A DNA stretch of 20,894 bases from Myxococcales bacterium (lineage in GTDB: Bacteria; Myxococcota_A; UBA9042), in assembly GCA_037441385.1 (NCBI GenBank), contig JBBISH010000113.1, forward strand, positions 1 through 20,894. The letters run 5' to 3'. The notes beneath the pieces are model-generated. The model was not told the origin of the DNA, searched no databases, and saw only the letters and a list, made by a program, of their open reading frames with translations. Below, one piece after another: positions 8,356-19,736 of the stretch. Position 1 is the stretch's first letter, and every line of letters starts with the position of its first letter. Both the position numbers and the translations under genes were made by a program.

Positions 8356-11300
8356 CTACTGCAAGGTGACGACCGTCTTGGGCCCCGGCGTGCCCGTGGG
8401 CTGCGGCCGATCGGCAAAGATGTCCTCGACCTTCATCTTGTTCTTGGTCGGGTCTTTGGTGATGTCCAGGCCGCGCTCGGTCAGCGGGAATTCCTCGGTG
8501 CAGCCCCATTGGCCTTCGTTGCTGGGCAGACCCACGGTGTACTTGTACTTCAGGGCCGTGCCTTTGCTGAACGGCACCACGATCGACCACTTGCCGTCGC
8601 CGGCTTTCTCGTCGCCCTCTTTGCCGTCGTCGCGCAGCGCGATCTTGTTGGGCACCCACTTGGCCTTCATGCCCAGCTTGGGGTCGTTGCCGGCGATGTA
8701 GACGATACCTTGGCCCTTGGGCGGCGGGAGCGAGCACAAATCGCCATAGGCGTTCAGGGCGATGCCCGATTTCTCGCTGACATCGCAGACAAAAGTCACG
8801 TAGACCGCCAGCGTCGGGTCGTCGACGAGCGGCTTGCTGTCGACCGACGGCGCCAAGTCCGCCGACTTGCTGCCGCTGCCAAAGGCGAGTTGCATCTCGA
8901 GCGGATCGCCGGCGACGATGCCCAAGTCTTCGTACGGAATGAAGATCTCGATCAGTTTGCCGCCCTTGACCGGGCCCGCCACCGCGCCGCCAAACGTGCT
9001 CTTGGCGATGGATGGCCAGTCGGTGGATGTGCTACCCCACTTGCGCAGTTCGCTGGTGGCTTTGCCAGCGTTCAGCGCGATCCACAGCTCGCGCGAGGCG
9101 CCCTTGCCTTTGAAGCCCAAGGTGTCGCCAAAGCGGCTCTTGAGCGTCGCCGGATCCTCGGTGACTTGGCCTGTGGCGGCGTTGACGATGTGTTTGTTGG
9201 ACAAGTACACCGCCAGGCCCTGGCCGCTGACGTTCGACAAATCGAAATTGTGCTGGACGGCCAGGTACAAGCCTTGCTTGCTGCCAAACGCGCCAAAGCC
9301 GTAGTAGATGGTCGCCATCCAGTCGTCGGGGTTGGCAAGCGCGCCAGAAGTATCCGAATCAAAGAAGAAACCGCCCTTGGCCGACCACTCGCTCTCGTTG
9401 GGCACGAACGAGCCGTCCAGCACCGGCGGCGGATCCAGCGGGCCCTGCGGCGCCTGCGGGTTGGCCTGGATGATCGGCTTGAAGGTGGGCATGGCGATCT
9501 CGGCCTTGCCCTGCAGCTTCAGCGCCGCGTTCATGTGCTTGTACATGCCCGCCAAGTGCAGCCGGAAGCTGTTGTCAAACGGCGAGTCGTCGTTCGACGG
9601 CGAGGTCATGTCGCTGCCATACCACCAGAACCAGTCCGAGCCCTCGGCCGCGTAAACCTCGTCGAACGCGTACCACGTCTCGTACTCGACCGTGCCGCCG
9701 ACCTTGGGCGCGAGCTTGCTGGCATCGGGCTGGACGAGCCCAGACTTCTCCAGATCTTTGCGGGCCTGGTACAGGTACTGCCAGCCCAGGTTCTCTTCGC
9801 TCTCGCCGATCCAGATGCCAAAGTTGCCGCCGATCCACGAACCGGGGAACAGTGGCTCCAACTCGGGCAGGGTGTTCAACGGGTGCGCCGGCACACCGCG
9901 CTTGGGGTTGCCCAGGATGTACTCCGAGCCGGAAACGGGAATGATTTCGCCAGCTACGCTCAGTGTCTGCAGCTTGCTGTACAGGGCCTTGAAGAAGCCT
10001 TTGCCGTCGTGCTCCTTGCTGAAGGTTTCCCACGCGTTCTCGCCGTCGAGTACCAGCGTGATGACCCGATCGGGCGCGCCGAATTTGGGCGCCTGGGCCT
10101 GGATGTTGGCGACCAGGTCCGCCGCGGCGTCCGTGCCGATCATGCCCTGGTACTTGAAGCCGATGTCGTTGCTCATGTTGGTGTTGCGGAAGAACACGCC
10201 CAGCCGGCCTTGGCCGTCGCCGCTGCCGCCTGGGGCCACGGCGTCCGTGTCGACCACGTAGGGTCCCACCGGTGCGCCGTCGCTCATTGGCGTGGTGTAA
10301 TAGCCAGACTTTTGCGCGACTTGCTGGTCGGTGGCCACCCACAGCAGCCCGCCGCCCACAAAGTGCTGGACCACGTCCTCGGCCACCGAGCCCTCGCCCG
10401 GCCACATGCCGCGCGGCTTGAAACCGAGCACCGATTCCATGAACGTCACGCCCCGCTTGACCTGAGCCGCGGCGTCGCTGGGGAACGAATAGGCCGGACT
10501 TGGTTTAGGATCAAATGGTTGTCCCTGGCTCATCAGGTCGGTGTTGTGCACCAGCGGCAGGATCGGGTGGTAGAAGGGCGTGGTCGTGACCTCGACCTGA
10601 CCCGCGAACGTGTCCGGGTCGTAGTGCAGCTTTTGGTGAATCGGAATCACCGCTTTCATGATCTTGTACTCGACCGCCACCAGCCGATTGGCCAGTTTTT
10701 CGTAGAACGCGATCCGCCCCGCCTCGTCCAGGCCGGCCGGCATCTTCAGGGTAAACGTGGCGTTCTCGGGCGCCGAGGCCTGCAGTACGTCGGTCAGGTC
10801 GACCACGTCGCCGGTGCACAGAGTCACCTTGCCGTGCAGGAAGTCTGGATCCAACCATGCAAATTCAAACCAGATTTTCAGCGCTGCCAAGTCCTCGCGC
10901 GTCAGCGTCGCCGGGTTCTTGTTGCGCAGCGCCGAGTAGGCCGGGAAGCGGTTCATCAGCACCGGCGCCGTAGACACGCATGACCACGGATCGGCATAGA
11001 GCAGGCCAATCTGCTTCTCGGTCGCAGCCTTGGGCTCGGGCGTGTCCTCTAGCAGCAGATCGATCCACGCGTCGGTCTTGCCCTTCCACTTGGCCAGGAA
11101 CTTGGCCTCGTCCACCGTGTCGTTCTTCAGGTCGATGTACAGTTCCTTGCCATTAGGTCCCTTTTCGCCCAAGCGATCCATGTAGTACGGGATCATCTGG
11201 TTCAGCAGCACGGGCGTGATGTTGATCGACAGGTGTACGTCGGGATAGGCCTGCAGAATCGCCGCCATATCGTAGTAGTCCTTGGTCGCGTGCTTGCGCA

Positions 11301-12045
11301 CCCACGGCGAAGTCAGCTGGTCGGCGATCGGGTCCAAGTAGGTGGGCTGGTGCTGGTGCCACAGCAGGTGCATGTACACGGTCCGCTTGACGGTTTTCTT
11401 GTTCTGGAACGCCGCGGCTGGCAACCCGTTGCCGTCGGCGGCCTTCAGGCCCTTGACCTGCACCTCGTAGGTGTAGGCGGCGTTGGGCGCAAAGCCGCTG
11501 CTCAGGGTCAGGTTGATGAATTGCGGGTCGTCGCCTGGGGTTGCGCCGGTGACCACCGGCTTGGCCTGGCTGTTTTCCAGCAGCGTGTAGTTGCTCGCCG
11601 TCGTCACGCTGGCGGGGTCGACCGGCTTGTTGAAGCGGAGCTTGATGGCCTTGCCGTCGGGCGAAAACGCGCTGACCAGCAACAGGTTTCCCTCTGGCCA
11701 AACCGGGACATCGGCGGGCGCGGTGTCTTGGATGGCCGTGTCGGGCTGGCTGTCCGGAATCGGCTGGGTGGTATCGACCGGCTCGACGGTGTCCGTCACG
11801 CCCGGCTGGCTGTCGTCTACGGTCGTGTCGCTCTCTTCCACTTCGGGCAAGCCGGCCAGATCGACCATGCCGCCATCCAGCTGCAAGCCCGCGCCGTCCA
11901 AGCCCTTGTTGTAGCCGGCGGCGGTGCTTTGCCAAGTGTCGCCCGCGCTCGACCAGCGCGCCACGGTGTCCGGCGAGCCTTCGCAGGCAGTTAAGGCAAA
12001 CAAGATCAACAGGGTACTGGGCACAATGAACTTGGTGTGCAGCAC
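8356..12045 (-). CDS. GH57 amylopullulanase-type lipoprotein (Ig-like domain, GH57 core, DOMON/glucodextranase-like and CBM20-like C-terminal domains)
   Basis: GGAGAG RBS before GTG 12045, lipobox LTAC and a D/T/P stalk. GH57 conserved regions HQHQP, TTTPFYHPILPL, GMWPGEGSV (nucleophile Glu), LDGENAW (acid/base Asp) and AEGSDWFWWYG. C-terminal LRDDGKEGDEKAGDGKWS and YKYT. Confidence 0.92.
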   Translation of the reverse strand: MLHTKFIVPSTLLILFALTACEGSPDTVARWSSAGDTWQSTAAGYNKGLDGAGLQLDGGMVDLAGLPEVEESDTTVDDSQPGVTDTVEPVDTTQPIPDSQPDTAIQDTAPADVPVWPEGNLLLVSAFSPDGKAIKLRFNKPVDPASVTTASNYTLLENSQAKPVVTGATPGDDPQFINLTLSSGFAPNAAYTYEVQVKGLKAADGNGLPAAAFQNKKTVKRTVYMHLLWHQHQPTYLDPIADQLTSPWVRKHATKDYYDMAAILQAYPDVHLSINITPVLLNQMIPYYMDRLGEKGPNGKELYIDLKNDTVDEAKFLAKWKGKTDAWIDLLLEDTPEPKAATEKQIGLLYADPWSCVSTAPVLMNRFPAYSALRNKNPATLTREDLAALKIWFEFAWLDPDFLHGKVTLCTGDVVDLTDVLQASAPENATFTLKMPAGLDEAGRIAFYEKLANRLVAVEYKIMKAVIPIHQKLHYDPDTFAGQVEVTTTPFYHPILPLVHNTDLMSQGQPFDPKPSPAYSFPSDAAAQVKRGVTFMESVLGFKPRGMWPGEGSVAEDVVQHFVGGGLLWVATDQQVAQKSGYYTTPMSDGAPVGPYVVDTDAVAPGGSGDGQGRLGVFFRNTNMSNDIGFKYQGMIGTDAAADLVANIQAQAPKFGAPDRVITLVLDGENAWETFSKEHDGKGFFKALYSKLQTLSVAGEIIPVSGSEYILGNPKRGVPAHPLNTLPELEPLFPGSWIGGNFGIWIGESEENLGWQYLYQARKDLEKSGLVQPDASKLAPKVGGTVEYETWYAFDEVYAAEGSDWFWWYGSDMTSPSNDDSPFDNSFRLHLAGMYKHMNAALKLQGKAEIAMPTFKPIIQANPQAPQGPLDPPPVLDGSFVPNESEWSAKGGFFFDSDTSGALANPDDWMATIYYGFGAFGSKQGLYLAVQHNFDLSNVSGQGLAVYLSNKHIVNAATGQVTEDPATLKSRFGDTLGFKGKGASRELWIALNAGKATSELRKWGSTSTDWPSIAKSTFGGAVAGPVKGGKLIEIFIPYEDLGIVAGDPLEMQLAFGSGSKSADLAPSVDSKPLVDDPTLAVYVTFVCDVSEKSGIALNAYGDLCSLPPPKGQGIVYIAGNDPKLGMKAKWVPNKIALRDDGKEGDEKAGDGKWSIVVPFSKGTALKYKYTVGLPSNEGQWGCTEEFPLTERGLDITKDPTKNKMKVEDIFADRPQPTGTPGPKTVVTLQ

Positions 12046-12261
12046 GGCGACTCTCCCGGGGCGGCCGACCTGGGCGATCGGCAGCGGTCGCCGTAGTTTA
12101 GACCAATCCGGCCGGAGCGGCCATGGCGGTGTGTCATCTGGGCGTGTGGCCAGCCACGCCCGCCCGTGCCAGGCGACCGCTTCGCGCGTCCAGGGTTGCC
12201 TTTCCCCCACCGGTTCCGCAAGATGAACTCGACGGCGAATGCCGACCCAGGACCGACGACC

Positions 12262-13806
12262 ATGCGGCGCAGTCTTCCGATTTCTCCAACTCTGCTCCTG
12301 ACTTCTGCGCTATTGCTGGCGGCCGCCTGCGGCGAGACCAAGGTCGTGTGCCCGGCCGGCTCGCACTACAGCGGCAGCGGCACCATCTGCCTGGCGGACC
12401 AACCCTTGGACACCGGCGGCGGCGGCAGCGACGAGGCCGACACCAGCGAGGCGACCGACAGCGGCGGAGCCACCGACGCGGGCGGCATCAAGGACAGTGG
12501 CGACGTCGCGCAAGTGCCCGATACGGTGCAGGATATTCAGGCAACAGACGACGCCACCGCCAAGCCCGACACCAAGCCAGACACCAAGGTCGACGCCGGG
12601 CCCAAGGCCAGCGTGGGCGCAGCGTGCAGCGACGACTACGACTGCCTGTCGGGCCTGCAGTGCTTTGGCAGTTGGCCCAAGGGCTATTGCACGGTGGTCA
12701 GCTGCGACGCGCCGGGCAATAATTGCCCAGGGTCCTCGGTCTGTTACGGCGAGGCGACCCTGAAGCTGTGCCATGTGGCATGTGAGCTGGAGAGCGACTG
12801 CCGCCTCAGCGACGGCTACGCCTGCAAGCGCCTGTCGGCCAATTTCGGCGGCATCGACGCGCAGCTGTGCTCGCCTTCGGGCAAGAATCCCGCGGGCTTG
12901 GGCTGTGCCAAGGCCTCAGACTGTGCCGGCAGCGCCACCTGCCTGACCGACATGCCCGGCGGCTACTGCGCCCGCTTGGGCTGCGGCGCGAGCGACCCCT
13001 GCGACAGCGGCCAAGCCTGCGTGCTGCGCAACGGCAAGCCCGTGTGCCTCAAGACTTGCGTGGCCGACGTGGAGTGTCAGATCGGCGGCAACAACCCGCG
13101 CAAGTGCGTAGACAAGACGGATCTGGGCAAGCAGCCGGTCAAAGTCTGTTTGGACTCGACCACTTCGGCGCCGGTCGGCTCGGCCTGCTTGGCCGACTTG
13201 GATTGCGAGACCAAGCTGTGCTCGATCTTCGCCAAGGGCACTTGCACAGTGGGCGGCCAACCCTGCATGACGGATACGCAATGCGGCGCGGCCGGCCCGT
13301 GCAAGCTGGATCCGGCGGCCGAAAAGGGCGTGTGCTCGGCGCCATGCAACAAGGACAAGCCCTGTCCAATCAACTCGGTCTGCGTGCCCGGCAGCGACAA
13401 CACCAGCGGCAGTTGCCAGCCGACCTGCAAGGGGCCCGGCGACGACGCCAGCTGCGGCGGGGTGCCCGGGCTGCTCTGCGTCTACGGCAAACCGTTGGCC
13501 ACGGTCGCTGGCGGCGCTCCTCCGGCCCAATACGCCTGTGCGCCGCAGCCGGCCGGCAGCGCGGGCGCGATGTGCAGCAAGACCACGGATTGCACCAAGG
13601 CGCTCTGCCTACAGAACCAAGGAAAGACGGGCGGTTACTGTACGCCGGACTGCGGCGCGCTGCAGTACTGCCCGTTCGGCACCGCCTGCGACAACAGCGG
13701 CATGGCCCAGTGCATGCGCCTTTGCACCAGCACCTACGACTGCCCCGGTGGGTTTGCCTGCTCCAAACTTAGCGGCATGACCAGTAGCGTGTGCCTGCCG
13801 CCGTAG
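12262..13806 (+). CDS. Cys-rich repeat lipoprotein (myxobacterial type)
   Basis: ATG 12262 gives MRRSLP...LLLAAAC (lipobox), then a D/T/G stalk and four G.xC..xxDC...GYC/GVC...C repeats. 55 Cys in total by hand count. Confidence 0.85.
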   Translation: MRRSLPISPTLLLTSALLLAAACGETKVVCPAGSHYSGSGTICLADQPLDTGGGGSDEADTSEATDSGGATDAGGIKDSGDVAQVPDTVQDIQATDDATAKPDTKPDTKVDAGPKASVGAACSDDYDCLSGLQCFGSWPKGYCTVVSCDAPGNNCPGSSVCYGEATLKLCHVACELESDCRLSDGYACKRLSANFGGIDAQLCSPSGKNPAGLGCAKASDCAGSATCLTDMPGGYCARLGCGASDPCDSGQACVLRNGKPVCLKTCVADVECQIGGNNPRKCVDKTDLGKQPVKVCLDSTTSAPVGSACLADLDCETKLCSIFAKGTCTVGGQPCMTDTQCGAAGPCKLDPAAEKGVCSAPCNKDKPCPINSVCVPGSDNTSGSCQPTCKGPGDDASCGGVPGLLCVYGKPLATVAGGAPPAQYACAPQPAGSAGAMCSKTTDCTKALCLQNQGKTGGYCTPDCGALQYCPFGTACDNSGMAQCMRLCTSTYDCPGGFACSKLSGMTSSVCLPP

Positions 13807-13818
13807 CCCGCCCGGGCT

Positions 13819-14199
13819 TCAACTAGCGCGGGGGCCGGCGAGAAGTGTCTTCAATTCGCCAGAATCGATGAGCTTTTGCAGATCTTCCGCGCCGCCCACA
13901 AACAGCCCCCGCACGAAGATCTGCGGAAAGGTCGGCCAGCCGGTCCACATCTTCAGCGCCAGGCGGTCGCGCCACCGACCCAAATAGCTGCCGTATTCCA
14001 AGTAGGTGTAGGGCACGCCGGCCTTGTCCAGCGCCTTGCGTGCGCGCCTGGGGAACGGGTTTTGTGCCATGCCCACCACGACCACATCTTGAGCGGCGAC
14101 GGCGGCTTGCACTTCGGCCAGGGTGCTCTTGTCGGGCGTGCCGATCTGAGCGGCGATGGCAGGGTGGATAGCAGACTCGGGTAGGAGCGGACGTGACAT
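13819..14199 (-). CDS. Glutaredoxin-like protein lacking cysteine
   Basis: GGAGG RBS. Grx hallmarks VVVVGM, WPTFPQIFV.G.FVGG...L..L..SGEL. The active-site position reads QNPFP. Confidence 0.88.
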   Translation of the reverse strand: MSRPLLPESAIHPAIAAQIGTPDKSTLAEVQAAVAAQDVVVVGMAQNPFPRRARKALDKAGVPYTYLEYGSYLGRWRDRLALKMWTGWPTFPQIFVRGLFVGGAEDLQKLIDSGELKTLLAGPRAS

Positions 14200-14314
14200 G
14201 GTGGCCTCCGGTTGGCCGCGTCAGCTTGCGCCGCCGTCTGCGCTTTGGCAATCCGGCCGCGGCTCATTCGGAATCCGCCTGAATCGGCTGGAAATCTCCG
14301 GCAATTCTCCGGGC

Positions 14315-14399
14315 TCGAACCGGGGTCCCCGCCTGATTCTCGCCGGTTGCACAACAGGTCAAAGAAGCCAAACAGGCGCGAATCAGGTGGGGTTCGTAT
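14315..14399 (+). repeat. Dispersed palindromic element, copy B
   Basis: CCCCGCCTGATTC...GAATCAGGTGGGG stem with inner CGCC/GGCG pairing. About 81% identical to the reverse complement of 5739-5810, and followed by GGTGGCTTTTTTT. Confidence 0.85.
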
Positions 14400-14618
14400 C
14401 AGGTGGCTTTTTTTGCTTGACAGCCGTTCTGCCGGCCGCCAAGGTCTCCCACTGGTGGGCAGACTAGAAGCTGGAAGTTGGTCGACAGCGGCGAATTGCT
14501 GACGAATCCGGGCGTGGACGCGCCGGTTCAACGGCTGGGCCGCCGTGGGCGTGCCGGGCGGGCGAGGGGGCACTTGCGGACCCTGACCTGCAGGGGCCGC
14601 CGCAAGGGTGGGGGGCAA

Positions 14619-15227
14619 ATGGCGCTAGGTATGGCGAACGGATGGGCGGCCACCACCAAGTGCGGGGTGCACGTCCTGGCATTGCTCGCCCTGTTGGCAG
14701 CGCCCGCTTGGGCCGGCGAGTGCCCGCTTCCCGCTGGCGAGGTCACCATTGCTAGCAAGGCTATGCCCAACACTGGGATTCCGCAGCTGTTGTTGCACAC
14801 GGTCTTGGCCGCGCCCCCGGCCAAAATATGGGCAGTGGTCGACGACTGCGCGGGCTATCGCCGCACCATGCCGCGGATCAAGGAAGCGCGCGAACTGAGC
14901 CGCACGCCGACGGCCATCCTCTGCGAGATGACGGTGGACATGCCGTTTCCTTTTGACGATTTGGTTTCGGTCACCGAGTCCGTCCCCACGCTGCAGCCGG
15001 GCCGCTGGTACCGCGCCTTTCGCCAACTGCGCGGCGACTACCTCAAGAACGAAGGCTATTGGCTGCTGACTCCCTGCGGAACCGAAAGCACGTTGGTCGA
15101 GTACCAACTCCACGCCGTGCTGCCGGGTGCCATCCCCGATGTGCTGGTCCGGCGGGGTCAGCCCAACGCGCTGCGCGACATGGTCCGGCGCATCAGCGAC
15201 GCCTTGGGGCTGCCGCCCGCGAAGTAG
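14619..15227 (+). CDS. Secreted SRPBCC/START (polyketide cyclase-like) ligand-binding protein
   Basis: Signal peptide ending APAWA. Motifs APPAKIWAVVDD...MPRIKE, VDMPFPFDD, GDYLKNEGYWLL, TLVEY and PGAIPDVLV are typical of START folds. Start is ATG 14619 or 14631. Confidence 0.8.
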   Translation: MALGMANGWAATTKCGVHVLALLALLAAPAWAGECPLPAGEVTIASKAMPNTGIPQLLLHTVLAAPPAKIWAVVDDCAGYRRTMPRIKEARELSRTPTAILCEMTVDMPFPFDDLVSVTESVPTLQPGRWYRAFRQLRGDYLKNEGYWLLTPCGTESTLVEYQLHAVLPGAIPDVLVRRGQPNALRDMVRRISDALGLPPAK

Positions 15228-15237
15228 CCGCGCCGAC

Positions 15238-15266
15238 TTGGCAAGCGCCCCCGGCTGCGCTAGCGT
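15238..15266 (+). promoter_or_regulatory. Sigma70-like promoter for the TetR gene (near-leaderless mRNA)
   Basis: TTGGCA - 17 nt - TAGCGT ends 9 nt before ATG 15276, and there is no Shine-Dalgarno sequence. Confidence 0.5.
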
Positions 15267-15275
15267 GCGGCCGCC

Positions 15276-15998
15276 ATGCCTACCGACGAACTGCAGCCCA
15301 ATCCAGACGAAATCCCCACTGACCGCATCGTGGAAGACGGCCGGCGGATCCGCGCCCGTCAGCGCAAGGCCGAGACCCATCGCCAGTTGGTGGCCGCCGC
15401 GTCGCGCGCTTTTGGCGAGGCAGGCTACTTGGCCACTACCCTGGACCAAATCATCGGCTACGCCGGGGTGACGCGCGGGACCTTCTACGAGCACTTCCAG
15501 AGCAAAGCCGAGGCGTTTGGTGCCGTGCTCGACGACTTGGTGGCGCGGCTGACCCAGGCGGTGGTGGGCGTGGACCTGGAGCCCGAGGCGCCGCCGCCGC
15601 AGATTCAGCTGGCAGGCAACTTGTTGCGCGTGCTGGATATTCTGCTGTCGGACCGGGCCGTGGCGCGGCTGCTGCTGGTCGAGGCCGGGCAGGAGCCGGC
15701 GGTGGGCAGTCGAGTTACGGCGTTGCACACCTTTGCCCGGGGCATGATCCGCCAGGCGCTGCTGGATGGCGCGCCGGTGGGGTTGGTGCGGCCGTTGCAG
15801 GCCGAAGTGGCCGCCCACGCCTTGTTGGGGGCCGTGCTGGCGGTGATGGCGGCGCGGCTCGATGGCGAGGCCGGCCTGGACGACCTGCCGGAGCAGACGC
15901 TGGCGCGCGAGCTGCTCACGACCTGCTTGTGCGGCGTGGCCGGCGAGGAATTGCGTTTTGCAATTCTAGAGATGGACGCCGCCGGGCGCCGCGTGTAA
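15276..15998 (+). CDS. TetR/AcrR family transcriptional regulator
   Basis: N-terminal HTH: RQLVAAASRAFGEAGYLATTLDQIIGYAGVTRGTFYEHFQSKAEAF. Confidence 0.93.
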   Translation: MPTDELQPNPDEIPTDRIVEDGRRIRARQRKAETHRQLVAAASRAFGEAGYLATTLDQIIGYAGVTRGTFYEHFQSKAEAFGAVLDDLVARLTQAVVGVDLEPEAPPPQIQLAGNLLRVLDILLSDRAVARLLLVEAGQEPAVGSRVTALHTFARGMIRQALLDGAPVGLVRPLQAEVAAHALLGAVLAVMAARLDGEAGLDDLPEQTLARELLTTCLCGVAGEELRFAILEMDAAGRRV

Positions 15999-16000
15999 AT

Positions 16001-16071
16001 TAGACTAGACTCACAGTCTAATCAACTATGGACAGGCGGAGACCGATAGACTAGACTTCCAGTCTAATCAA
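16001..16071. promoter_or_regulatory. Two 25-bp palindromic operators, probably bound by the adjacent TetR
   Basis: TAGACTAGACTCACAGTCTAATCAA (16001-25) and TAGACTAGACTTCCAGTCTAATCAA (16047-71) are 23/25 identical with starts 46 bp apart. Each contains TAGACT-N3-AGTCTA. Confidence 0.85.
16029..16057 (+). promoter_or_regulatory. Sigma70-like promoter of the activase operon, overlapped by operator 2
   Basis: TGGACA (16029-34) - 17 nt - TAGACT (16052-57). Confidence 0.6.
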
Positions 16072-16085
16072 AATCGGGCGTGCGC

Positions 16086-19733
<3,648 letters not shown>

Positions 19734-19736
19734 GCC

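Noticed and set aside
8182..10983. 933-aa plus-strand ORF and other long overlapping ORFs (509..1972, 1362..2924, 3555..4871, 16068..17456, 18333..20414)
   Set aside because: They are antisense shadows of well-supported genes, expected from high-GC codon bias, and have R/G/V/A-rich translations with no recognisable motifs.
12046..12261. ORF-track N-terminal extensions that make the GH57 and Cys-rich genes overlap head to head
   Set aside because: Later starts (GTG 12045, ATG 12262) put the lipoprotein signal peptides at the N-terminus and leave a normal divergent promoter gap.
14417..14445. Perfect TTGACA with a 17-nt spacer as promoter of the START gene
   Set aside because: The matching -10 (CAAGGT) is weak and ~170 nt from the start codon; it is plausible but not supportable without TSS data.
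15999..16071. Two 25-bp direct repeats with a 21-bp gap as a mini-CRISPR
   Set aside because: There are only two units and no cas genes, and the position between a TetR gene and a promoter fits operators.
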